Shown here piece by piece: positions 18,215-26,562 of a stretch of 64,000 bases of DNA. The notes beneath the pieces are model-generated. The model worked only from the letters and a program-made list of their open reading frames with translations. It was not told the DNA's origin and searched no databases. A program made the translations under genes and the position numbers. The stretch comes from a virus (Duplodnaviria; Caudoviricetes): the IMG/VR virus record IMGVR_UViG_3300020191_000010, positions 660 through 64,659 of that record. One strand, 5' to 3'. Every line of letters starts with the position of its first letter. Positions within the stretch are counted from its first letter, which is position 1.

Positions 18215-18653
18215 CACATCCTACTATATGTATTCTATCCTCAGTAGAAGCATTAATTGCTGTGTGCATTTTAGTAGTATCAATTAAATAAGATCTACCA
18301 TCTGCTGGATATCTAGATACCACGTCGTCTATAATAAACATACAACGATCATTTGTAATAAGGGGTATGTGCATTCTTTTAGTTAAATCTAGGTGATATG
18401 TGTAGCATGTCTGGGGAGTCATTTTCATAACTCTTGTTCTATACATACCTAAAGATTGTATTATTGAATTAGTGTATGGTATATTAAAAAGCGGATAAAT
18501 AAATTCTTCTTCATTATGATCTAGTTCTAGAACTTTACCTATACCATAAAACGGATTATTATTAACCGGTTCAGCACCTTGTAACATAATCTGACTATCA
18601 TATTTAGGTAATAATTCTAGCTCTAAGAGTATTTTTTCAATATCTATGCACAC
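18195..18653 (-). CDS. Aspartyl/asparaginyl beta-hydroxylase-like oxygenase
   Basis: 'YTYHLD', 'RMHIPLITN', 'DTTKMHTAIN...DRIHIV'. Confidence 0.8.
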   Translation of the reverse strand: MCIDIEKILLELELLPKYDSQIMLQGAEPVNNNPFYGIGKVLELDHNEEEFIYPLFNIPYTNSIIQSLGMYRTRVMKMTPQTCYTYHLDLTKRMHIPLITNDRCMFIIDDVVSRYPADGRSYLIDTTKMHTAINASTEDRIHIVGCVKEDRH

Positions 18654-19096
18654 AACGTCATTTCCTTAATTCTATGAGGTTGAAATATAACCCAATCAAT
18701 AATCTCTATTACATAGTCCAATGTCATTTTTGGCTTATCAACATGAGAAGATCTTTCGGTATCAAAATATCCAAAATTTAAAATAGTAGTGTTTACTCCT
18801 TGCCAGAACAATTGGTCGTTTACCATACGTAAAGTATGTTTTTCAATACCATATTTAAAATTGTCCTTATAGCCTTTAGTCCAATCACTAGCAGCACTTC
18901 CAATATTAATTATTCTTTTATTTAATTTTGCTGCTTTATATAATAAATCAACTTGGGAAAATCCATCATGTTTACAATTAATAAAAATATCGCAGGTTTC
19001 TAGATTATCAGTTACCGGATATAATTCGCTTAATCGTTTTCCAAGACCCCGTCTTGTACCAGTGATATAAAATTTCATAGTATGATCTAATCTCAT
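18644..19096 (-). CDS. Minimal short-chain dehydrogenase/reductase
   Basis: 'ITGTRRGLG', 'IINIGS', YxxxK ('YGIEK'), 'GYFDT'. Confidence 0.85.
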   Translation of the reverse strand: MRLDHTMKFYITGTRRGLGKRLSELYPVTDNLETCDIFINCKHDGFSQVDLLYKAAKLNKRIINIGSAASDWTKGYKDNFKYGIEKHTLRMVNDQLFWQGVNTTILNFGYFDTERSSHVDKPKMTLDYVIEIIDWVIFQPHRIKEMTLCA

Positions 19097-19613
19097 TAAT
19101 ATTTAAAAAATAACTTTCATAGTCTATATATTCTGAAAATTTTACATGGGTAGTTTCCCATTCTATATCTTCATAGTAAATAGTATCGTAATTATATTGG
19201 TCCAATAAATGTTGCCAACTAAAAAATAATTTATTAGTATTTTTATAATTATTAGATTTTTTTTTCTGTTTATCTATTTTATTTGGATTTTCTGTCCAAG
19301 TCATTTTCCATCCATTTTCATGTTGGTATAAATGACTTAAGTATTGATGCCACAGATTTTTTCGCCGAAGTATATAAATTTCTTCGGGTGTATAAAAAGA
19401 TTGAAACCAATCTATATTATCGACGATTTGATGTATGTGTACTTTGTAACAATATTCTCGGTTTCTTTTCTTTTCATCTTCCAGAAAATCTATAGCATTG
19501 CCATTTAAAAATGGCTCCTCATGTGATGTATGAAGAAACCCTGATTTTTTTCTTAACCACTTTACTGCACATGTAGACCCAGATCTTGGTGTACATAATA
19601 TAACTTTTTTCAT
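19008..19613 (-). CDS. Sulfotransferase-like protein (Stf0-like)
   Basis: 'TPRSGST', 'EPF', 'LRRKN...QYLS', 'YYED'. Confidence 0.75.
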   Translation of the reverse strand: MKKVILCTPRSGSTCAVKWLRKKSGFLHTSHEEPFLNGNAIDFLEDEKKRNREYCYKVHIHQIVDNIDWFQSFYTPEEIYILRRKNLWHQYLSHLYQHENGWKMTWTENPNKIDKQKKKSNNYKNTNKLFFSWQHLLDQYNYDTIYYEDIEWETTHVKFSEYIDYESYFLNINEIRSYYEILYHWYKTGSWKTIKRIISGN

Positions 19614-19616
19614 GTT

Positions 19617-19790
19617 TTATTTTTTAAACCAGTCCATTAATTCCCGAGAGTTTTTGTTCATGTACTTCTGGATACAAGCTATTTTTACAACATCATCTTC
19701 GCCATTATCTATAACAACCCAATCCTTGTCGCCGCTTGGTGACTTAAGTACTTGTCCTTTTTGAAGAACGGTATGTCCTACCTTATCCAT
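19617..19790 (-). CDS. Small hypothetical protein (57 aa; not in the ORF track)
   Basis: MDKVGHTVLQKGQ...ELMDWFKK*; GGAGG RBS; stop lies 3 nt before the sulfotransferase ATG. Confidence 0.65.
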   Translation of the reverse strand: MDKVGHTVLQKGQVLKSPSGDKDWVVIDNGEDDVVKIACIQKYMNKNSRELMDWFKK

Positions 19791-19854
19791 GCAACCTCCA
19801 TATGTTGTTGCGGGTGATTGTATTTACCGAAAATAAAATTTAAAAAAAATGAAA

Positions 19855-19891
19855 ATAGGGGATTTACTTTTAAAACAAATTATGGTATAAT
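19855..19891 (+). promoter_or_regulatory. Early promoter cassette
   Basis: TAGGGGA-TTTACT (19863), N17, TATAAT (19886); AGAGGAG RBS downstream. Confidence 0.8.
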
Positions 19892-19921
19892 ATTCATATA
19901 AAATAAAAAGAGGAGAAAAAA

Positions 19922-20125
19922 ATGGGTAAAGTAAAATCAATGATGATGGATCAAGAAGAAAAGATGTTCGATATAATCGAAGAAGCAATTCGAACTGTAG
20001 ATCATCTTACCGAAGTTATGCAGATCGCTCTAAAAGAAAAGCATCTGGTACCACATTGGACCGATCAGGAAATCGAAGATGCCTGTAGTGAATATTGGGA
20101 AGAGTATTGGTCTAGCAAGATATAG
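19922..20125 (+). CDS. Hypothetical early protein
   Basis: Promoter and RBS upstream. Confidence 0.75.
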   Translation: MGKVKSMMMDQEEKMFDIIEEAIRTVDHLTEVMQIALKEKHLVPHWTDQEIEDACSEYWEEYWSSKI

Positions 20126-20153
20126 AATAGAAAAAATCCGTTAATTTTAATAT

Positions 20154-20189
20154 TAGGGGATTTACTTTCAAAAGAAAATACGGTATAAT
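20154..20189 (+). promoter_or_regulatory. Early promoter cassette, near-duplicate of 19855
   Basis: TAGGGGATTTACTTT.AAA..AAAT..GGTATAATATTCATATAAAAT shared with the 19855 copy. Confidence 0.8.
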
Positions 20190-20225
20190 ATTCATATAAA
20201 ATCAAAAGACGAAGAGGTTTATATA

Positions 20226-21182
20226 ATGGCACATATGGTAGAAACAATGGCGTATGCAGGCGACACACCTTGGCATGGTCTTGGCGTTCCAGTCTCAAAT
20301 GATCTTACTCCGGTACAGATGATGGAAAAGGCTGGGCTAGATTGGAAAGTTCGGGAACTAGAATCCTTTGTAGAGTTTGATGGTAAACGTATGCCTACTG
20401 GCCAAAAATCATTGGTTCGTGAAACAGATGGACGTATCCTTACCAACGTTGGTGAAAACTGGAATCCTGTACAAAATGAAACAGCATTTGAATTTTTTCA
20501 TGAATTCGTAATGTCTGGTGATATGGAAATGAACACTGCTGGTTCATTAAAAGATGGACAAATGGTATGGGCACTAGCAAAGGTAAAAGATTCATTTGAG
20601 CTTTTTGGAAAAGATCGTATTGACTCTTATTTGCTTTTCTCAAACCCCCATCAATACGGTAAGGCAATCGATGTTCGCTTTACACCAATTCGCGTAGTTT
20701 GCAACAATACACTTTCACTTTCACTTGACAGTAAAAAAGATAATTCTGTTAAGGTCGGTCATCGTGTAGAATTCGATGCAAGTCAGGTAAAGACCGCTCT
20801 TGGTATTGCCAAAGCTAAAATGACTACGTATAAAGATATGGCACAGTTTCTTGCTGGTAAAAGATTTACTACAGATTCCTATATCGAATATTTGAATGCG
20901 GTCTTCCCACGTACTGCTGATAAGCGCGTACAGGGAAAAGATCTTTCAATGGAAACTCTTTCACGTAATGCTAAACTTGCACACGAGGTTCTGGAAACAC
21001 AACCAGGTGCAGCATATGGTGAAGGATCTTGGTGGCAGGCATTTAATTCTGTTACCTATATTACCGACCACGTTCAAGGTCGGAACGCAGACAATCGTCT
21101 GTATTCATCATGGTTTGGCGGTAATCAGGTTCGCAAGCGCGACGCACTGAAAACCGCTATTGAATTTGCGGAGGCAGCATAA
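20226..21182 (+). CDS. DUF932 family phage/plasmid protein
   Basis: 'PWHGLG', 'AGLDW.V', 'TAGSL..G..VW.LA', 'TPIRVVCNNTL', 'W.AFN.VT...DH'. Confidence 0.9.
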   Translation: MAHMVETMAYAGDTPWHGLGVPVSNDLTPVQMMEKAGLDWKVRELESFVEFDGKRMPTGQKSLVRETDGRILTNVGENWNPVQNETAFEFFHEFVMSGDMEMNTAGSLKDGQMVWALAKVKDSFELFGKDRIDSYLLFSNPHQYGKAIDVRFTPIRVVCNNTLSLSLDSKKDNSVKVGHRVEFDASQVKTALGIAKAKMTTYKDMAQFLAGKRFTTDSYIEYLNAVFPRTADKRVQGKDLSMETLSRNAKLAHEVLETQPGAAYGEGSWWQAFNSVTYITDHVQGRNADNRLYSSWFGGNQVRKRDALKTAIEFAEAA

Positions 21183-21442
21183 TGTTAAAATGTAGAAAGA
21201 CTTTTAATGGTATTATTGGTGATCGTTTTCGTTTTGCGGAAGATGGTTGGAGAGGAAGCATATACTTTATTGAACGGGTGGGAGGATCTTATAAGATTGA
21301 AACTACCGACAATAAAGCTACAACATGCGTTATTAATCGACTAGGTAGGATGTTTGATACAAGACATCCTAGTAAAAGTTATCCACAGTGGAACTATGTT
21401 ACCAGAGATGAAATTAATTCTATTATATCCGAGGTGGCATAA
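21182..21442 (+). CDS. Hypothetical protein
   Basis: TAATG coupling and GGAGG RBS. Confidence 0.7.
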   Translation: MLKCRKTFNGIIGDRFRFAEDGWRGSIYFIERVGGSYKIETTDNKATTCVINRLGRMFDTRHPSKSYPQWNYVTRDEINSIISEVA

Positions 21443-21633
21443 TGTCAGAAGGTCCTTTTAAATCTGCTCTTGATCAGTTACCAAGTCAAGGTGTGTTTCG
21501 ACACACCTTGATAACCTATCGATATGAGGGAAGTATTTTAATAAAAGAAACGCGTGATCGCGTATATCAGTATGATGGTGATTATGTTGATTCGTATACT
21601 AGTCAACCTATTGGTAAAGGTAGTTCGGTATGA
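21442..21633 (+). CDS. Hypothetical protein
   Basis: TAATG coupling and GAGGT RBS. Confidence 0.7.
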   Translation: MSEGPFKSALDQLPSQGVFRHTLITYRYEGSILIKETRDRVYQYDGDYVDSYTSQPIGKGSSV

Positions 21634-21803
21634 AGGCACATAGTCTGGATCAGGTTGCTGCTTGGGCAAAAAGCTGGAACATGAAGGGATTCGAACACCT
21701 ATATCCGGAAAACCGGGAAAAGGCCCGACAGTATGCAATCAAGCAATACAATGATCGTGATCGGGAAAAACTTAATAAAAGCTTAACGAAAAATAATCGT
21801 TAG
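21630..21803 (+). CDS. Small hypothetical protein (57 aa; not in the ORF track)
   Basis: MKAHSLDQVAAWAKSW...KNNR*; ATGA overlap with the upstream stop. Confidence 0.55.
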   Translation: MKAHSLDQVAAWAKSWNMKGFEHLYPENREKARQYAIKQYNDRDREKLNKSLTKNNR

Positions 21804-21828
21804 TTTAGTTAAATAGTAATGAGGATAG

Positions 21829-22770
21829 TTGAGTGTCCTCATTTTCAATTTTAACAGGGAAAAACTTATGAAAAAAATTATCTTTTCGCTCGCACTCGTG
21901 TTAGCGGCCTCAAATGCGCATGCACGAGATACTATCGTTTCTGTTGGCTCATCAACAGTTTATCCATTCACCACAATCGCTGCCGAAAAATTTGCACAAG
22001 ATACAGGATCTCGTGTTATCGTCGAATCAACCGGTACCGGTGGTGGAATAAAACTCTTTTGCAATGGCATTGGAGTTAAACATCCAGATATGACTGGCGC
22101 ATCACGTGCCATGAAGAAAAAAGAAGCAGAAAAATGTGCTGCAAACAATGTCACATTTGAAGAAGTTCAAATTGGATTTGATGGAATTACAATTTCAAAT
22201 TCAATTGATAGACCAAAGGTCTCTTTCACAAAAGAACAAATCTTTAAAGCTGTAAGTGATACAAAATTTAAGTTATGGGCTGATATTGATCCACGACTTC
22301 CTGCAACTCCTATCTCAATCATGGTACCACCTCCAACCTCAGGTACAAGAGATGCATTCATTGAATTAGTAATGCATGGTGCTTGTAAGGAAATGGGTGT
22401 TCCGAAAAAAGAAATTAAAGCAAAGTGTTCTACAATGAGAGAAGACGGCGCGGTTATCATTATGGGCGAAAACGATAATTTGATTGTCGAAAAGCTAGTT
22501 GCAGATCCAAATATGTTCGGTGTATTTGGATTTTCTTTCCTTGACAGTAATCTAGACAAAGTACAAGGTTCAAAGGTAAATGGTGTAGCGCCAACATTTG
22601 CTACTATTGCTGATGGATCATACAAGGTATCTCGTCCATTGTTCGTTTACTTTAAGAACGATCATATGGGTGTTATCCCTGGTCTTGCAGAGTTTAAGGA
22701 GTACTACACAAAAATGTCAAGAGATACAGACTCACCTCTTGCAGCGGTAGGACTTATTCCTCTAAAATAA
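21829..22770 (+). CDS. pstS: Phosphate ABC transporter substrate-binding protein (likely start ATG 21868)
   Basis: Signal peptide, 'GSSTVYP', 'STGTGGG.KLFC.G', 'ASR', 'SGTRDAF', 'Y.VSRPLFVY'. Confidence 0.95.
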   Translation: MSVLIFNFNREKLMKKIIFSLALVLAASNAHARDTIVSVGSSTVYPFTTIAAEKFAQDTGSRVIVESTGTGGGIKLFCNGIGVKHPDMTGASRAMKKKEAEKCAANNVTFEEVQIGFDGITISNSIDRPKVSFTKEQIFKAVSDTKFKLWADIDPRLPATPISIMVPPPTSGTRDAFIELVMHGACKEMGVPKKEIKAKCSTMREDGAVIIMGENDNLIVEKLVADPNMFGVFGFSFLDSNLDKVQGSKVNGVAPTFATIADGSYKVSRPLFVYFKNDHMGVIPGLAEFKEYYTKMSRDTDSPLAAVGLIPLK

Positions 22771-22790
22771 CCTACACACCCAGTAAATAG

Positions 22791-22823
22791 AAAGGGAGGA
22801 GATTTTAGTTCCCCTCCCTTTTT
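22791..22823 (+). terminator. Intrinsic terminator after pstS, possibly bidirectional
   Basis: AAGGGAGG...CCTCCCTT followed by a T-run. Confidence 0.75.
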
Positions 22824-22852
22824 AGTCTAACTGATCAGTTATAGTTTTGTTT

Positions 22853-23086
22853 TTACTTTCTGTTCCAGATTCCCCAGAGAATCCAAATAGCAATTAATCC
22901 CATCACCCCTTGTGAGCCAAGAGATGAAATCATTGAAGATACATTATCAACTACGCTAAGACCTTCTGGCATGAATGGCATATTGTTTAAACCTAGGGCT
23001 TCTGCTACAATAGCCAAAGCTGCTAAACTAATACCTACATCAGCTAGACTACCAGCCCAGCCCCTAATATTATTAAGCACTTCCAT
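22853..23086 (-). CDS. Small two-TM membrane protein
   Basis: AAGGAGG RBS; two hydrophobic helices; AATAAATA late-like motif upstream. Confidence 0.8.
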   Translation of the reverse strand: MEVLNNIRGWAGSLADVGISLAALAIVAEALGLNNMPFMPEGLSVVDNVSSMISSLGSQGVMGLIAIWILWGIWNRK

Positions 23087-23189
23087 GTGTGCCTCCTTTA
23101 GTTAGTGGCATAATATAGATTACTTTCAATTCGTAGAAATTATTTATTAAAAAGAAATTTTTAAGATCATTTTTTTGTTTACTTTTCAG

Positions 23190-23197
23190 TATAAATA
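23190..23197 (+). promoter_or_regulatory. T4-type late promoter
   Basis: TATAAATA. Confidence 0.7.
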
Positions 23198-23223
23198 GAG
23201 TATAGTTAATAATTAATATTAGC

Positions 23224-24039
23224 TTGGAGAAAAAAATGAAGAGATTGTCAAAATATTTAAGGGAGATGGCAGCCGTGAACGTAGATGATCTAGATCCCGA
23301 ATTTATGAGAAGAGCCCTTAGAGTTACTTCTTTTAACTTATCACCATCAGATTTTATTACTGATCGGTATAAGGCAGAAATCCAACATCTTTTTAATATT
23401 CATTTTTTTCCAAAGTTTGATTTAAAAGATACTATTAAAGGCAAACCTTCTACTAGCAAGATGAATACTCTTATCAAAAAGTTAAGAGATTCGAATAAAA
23501 ATAATTTTTTAGCACTTCATAATTATAATCTAAAGGGTGTAGGACCAGGAGAGGCAACTCTTTACTTTCTTTTAGATGATGCTACACTAGGGGGAGGTTC
23601 AGCATCAGCAGCTGATATTAATATTAAAGGTCAGGCCTATGAGGTAAAAGCCGGAGATCTTGGCGGTGACGGTTTCTTCAAAAACTTTAAACTTGGAGGA
23701 ACAGTACCTATGGATAAAATGGTGGGAGCTGGATTAGCTATAAGAGACTCTGATCAAAATATTAAGAATATGGGAAAAGAAGTGAATGGGGTAAATGCTG
23801 CGCAAATTAAAGCTATCATGAGAAACCCTAAACTTAAAAGAGAATGGGCTATTAAGGTAGAAACACCTTATGTTAAAGCTGCATTTAATTATCTTAATAA
23901 AAATCCTTTGATCCTTATGATTAATAAAACCCCAGCAGCTAGACGGGGTGAGGTATTATTCGTTGGTTCTTTAAAACAATCACAAGTCCACTTGGATGTT
24001 ATTACCCAAGGGACAATTAAACCAAAGTTACAGTTCTAA
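23224..24039 (+). CDS. Hypothetical protein with PD-(D/E)xK-like motif (likely start ATG 23236)
   Basis: 'GVGPGE', 'AD....G..YEVK'; CTS-like N-terminus MKRLSKYLRE. Confidence 0.6.
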   Translation: MEKKMKRLSKYLREMAAVNVDDLDPEFMRRALRVTSFNLSPSDFITDRYKAEIQHLFNIHFFPKFDLKDTIKGKPSTSKMNTLIKKLRDSNKNNFLALHNYNLKGVGPGEATLYFLLDDATLGGGSASAADINIKGQAYEVKAGDLGGDGFFKNFKLGGTVPMDKMVGAGLAIRDSDQNIKNMGKEVNGVNAAQIKAIMRNPKLKREWAIKVETPYVKAAFNYLNKNPLILMINKTPAARRGEVLFVGSLKQSQVHLDVITQGTIKPKLQF

Positions 24040-24833
24040 TGGCTATTTGGAATACAAATAAAAACCGCTATATTTCAAACAACGGTAAGTTGTTTGAAGT
24101 TGTAATGATTGCAGACCAAGACGGCAATATTATTAACACCTTTGGTGCTGCATCAAATATCATTATTTCTGCTGGAGATCTAGCTGGTTATACTGGTGTT
24201 AGTAAATTTGGATTAGTTGAAGGTACTGCGACGACTACTTTTTCAACTGTATGGACTGCTGCTGATACTGCCTCTACATCCACTTTGGATTACTCAGCAT
24301 TTCCTGGCACTGCTACTGTTACATCAAATGCTGCTGATGCTGGAGATCTAGTGATTGAAGGTTTAGATACTGACTATAACTTTGCAACCGAAACACTTTC
24401 ACTGACTGGCACATCAGTCACAGGTACTCAAACCTTCCATAGAATCAATAGGGCATATTATTCTGATGGCCAACCGAATCAACATAATATTACTGTCTCT
24501 GTGGGAGGCACAGTGGTTACTCGTGTTGATGCTGGTTATGGTCAAACTCTGCAAGCATTCTATACCGTTCCTGCTGGAAAGACGGGATATCTTTTACAGA
24601 TATCAGCATCAGCATCCAAAAACCAAGAAACTGTACTTGGTATGTTTCAGAAACCTTTTGGAGCATCATTTAGAGTTGCTCAAACAATGGCCTTATATCA
24701 GAGTAACCAGACGCTTGAATTTGCAGTTCCTATTAAGTTTACCGAAAAAACAGATCTTGAGGTGAGAACTAAAGGGGCTACTAATGCAGTTATATCAGTA
24801 GAATTTACTCTAGTACTAGTGGATAACGAATAA
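24039..24833 (+). CDS. Putative virion structural protein (Thr/Ser/Gly-rich, beta-rich)
   Basis: Composition and 'YTVPAGKTGYL' motif; late context. Confidence 0.55.
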   Translation: MAIWNTNKNRYISNNGKLFEVVMIADQDGNIINTFGAASNIIISAGDLAGYTGVSKFGLVEGTATTTFSTVWTAADTASTSTLDYSAFPGTATVTSNAADAGDLVIEGLDTDYNFATETLSLTGTSVTGTQTFHRINRAYYSDGQPNQHNITVSVGGTVVTRVDAGYGQTLQAFYTVPAGKTGYLLQISASASKNQETVLGMFQKPFGASFRVAQTMALYQSNQTLEFAVPIKFTEKTDLEVRTKGATNAVISVEFTLVLVDNE

Positions 24834-26059
24834 TGCAATTTTCAGATTTCATAACTGAACAAAAAAATACGCACATGACACACATCGAGGACAAGGTTTT
24901 CTATGGTGGTGTGAAAGGAACTCGTGAGGCTATTCTCGCTTTACGTTCCCTCAGAGATGCTTTAGGAGGAGTACATGATGGAAATGTTAGTGTTAAATGG
25001 GACGGTGCTCCTGCTGTGTTTGCTGGGATTGATCCTAGTGATAAGCGATTCTTCGTGGCGAAGAAAGGGATCTTTAACAAATCTCCCAAAATATACAAGA
25101 GTGATGCTGACATTGATGCTGATACTAGCGGCGATCTTTCTACAAAACTTAAGCTTGCTTTACAGTATCTACCTGAACTAGGAATTAAAGGAGTTATTCA
25201 AGGTGATTTCTTATTTGGACCGGGTGATCTTAAAATTAGAAAGATCAAAGGTAAGCCCTATCTTACGTTTCACCCCAATACAATTGTTTATGCAATTCCG
25301 GCTGGCACGGACATGGCCAAGCAAGCTCAGAGAACAAAGATTGGAATTGTATGGCATACGGCGTACAAAGGACCAACATTCGAAACAATGAAAGCTTCAT
25401 ATAATTTTGATGCATCAGGTCTTAAGCCTTCGAAGAATGTATGGTCACAAGATGCTAAACTTCGTGACATGACACAATATACTATGTCTAAAAAAGATAC
25501 CGATGAGGTAAATGAATATCTTTCTACTGCAGGATTTATTTTTAATAAGATTGCAGGATCTACCCTTAGACAGCTTGAAAAGAATAAAGATCTTACACAG
25601 CTGATTGAGCAACATACTAATTCATATGTACGAGCTCAGGCATTGCCACCTGATCCAGCTAAACGTGTGGATGCGCTTATTCGTTTTATCCAGCAAAAAT
25701 TTAAAAAAGAAATTGACAAAAGAACTACTGATAAAGGCAAAGATGCCCAGCGAATGAAGCTTGGGGAAATATTAAATTTCTTTTCACAAAAAAATAAACA
25801 ATCCCTTGTACAAATGTTCGAATTGCAAAAAGTTATAATTCTAGCGAAGTTAAAACTTATAAATATACTTAACAAGCTCAATATGACTCAAACCTTCCTT
25901 AAGACTAAAAGGGGATATAGGGTAACGGGTCAAGAAGGTTATGTAGCTATTGATAAGCTTGGTGGTGATGCGGTTAAGATTGTTGATCGAATGGAATTTT
26001 CATTCGCCAACTTTAGCCCGAATATTTTAAAAGGATGGGATAAACCAGGGAGAAACTAA
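24833..26059 (+). CDS. Conserved T4-like protein with ligase/capping-enzyme-type nucleotidyltransferase motifs
   Basis: 'HMTHIED', 'SVKWDGAPA' (KxDG), 'QGDFLF', 'EGYVA', 'VKIVDR.EFS'. Confidence 0.65.
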   Translation: MQFSDFITEQKNTHMTHIEDKVFYGGVKGTREAILALRSLRDALGGVHDGNVSVKWDGAPAVFAGIDPSDKRFFVAKKGIFNKSPKIYKSDADIDADTSGDLSTKLKLALQYLPELGIKGVIQGDFLFGPGDLKIRKIKGKPYLTFHPNTIVYAIPAGTDMAKQAQRTKIGIVWHTAYKGPTFETMKASYNFDASGLKPSKNVWSQDAKLRDMTQYTMSKKDTDEVNEYLSTAGFIFNKIAGSTLRQLEKNKDLTQLIEQHTNSYVRAQALPPDPAKRVDALIRFIQQKFKKEIDKRTTDKGKDAQRMKLGEILNFFSQKNKQSLVQMFELQKVIILAKLKLINILNKLNMTQTFLKTKRGYRVTGQEGYVAIDKLGGDAVKIVDRMEFSFANFSPNILKGWDKPGRN

Positions 26060-26562
26060 TGGCGGATATCGTTCGCTTTAAAGACATTTATCAGAATCCA
26101 GACGCTCTTTCATTTAAAGACATGTACACTGTAGAGTATCGTCCAGGCGAGGACGAGCTAACAAATTACCGTGCTTACAGACGGAGAAGACTAAACAGTG
26201 TAGGTGAAGGTGGTCCAGTAGGCGAATCTACTGATGTAGAAGAAGCTCTTAATATGGCGCAACGTATGAAACGTTCGCGACTTATGAAACGTATGAAATC
26301 TAGAATTAAGATTGGTCGTATGCGTGCAAAACGTAAAATGGCTGATAAGGGAAAATTAGAAAAAAGATCAATGAGAAAAGCCCGTGATCTTATAGTTCGT
26401 AAGCTTACAAAAGATATTCCTAAAAAAGATCTTTCCTTTGCTAGAAAACAAGAGATTGAAAAAAGACTAGATAAACCAGCAATGCAGGCAAGAATTAAAA
26501 GAATCGCTCGTAAGATGTTTCCTAAAATTCGTAAAGCAGAAGTGGAAAGAAAAAAGGGATGA
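26059..26562 (+). CDS. Highly basic hypothetical protein, possible internal head protein
   Basis: Arg/Lys-rich after 'VEEAL'; TATAAATA at 25858-25865. Confidence 0.7.
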   Translation: MADIVRFKDIYQNPDALSFKDMYTVEYRPGEDELTNYRAYRRRRLNSVGEGGPVGESTDVEEALNMAQRMKRSRLMKRMKSRIKIGRMRAKRKMADKGKLEKRSMRKARDLIVRKLTKDIPKKDLSFARKQEIEKRLDKPAMQARIKRIARKMFPKIRKAEVERKKG

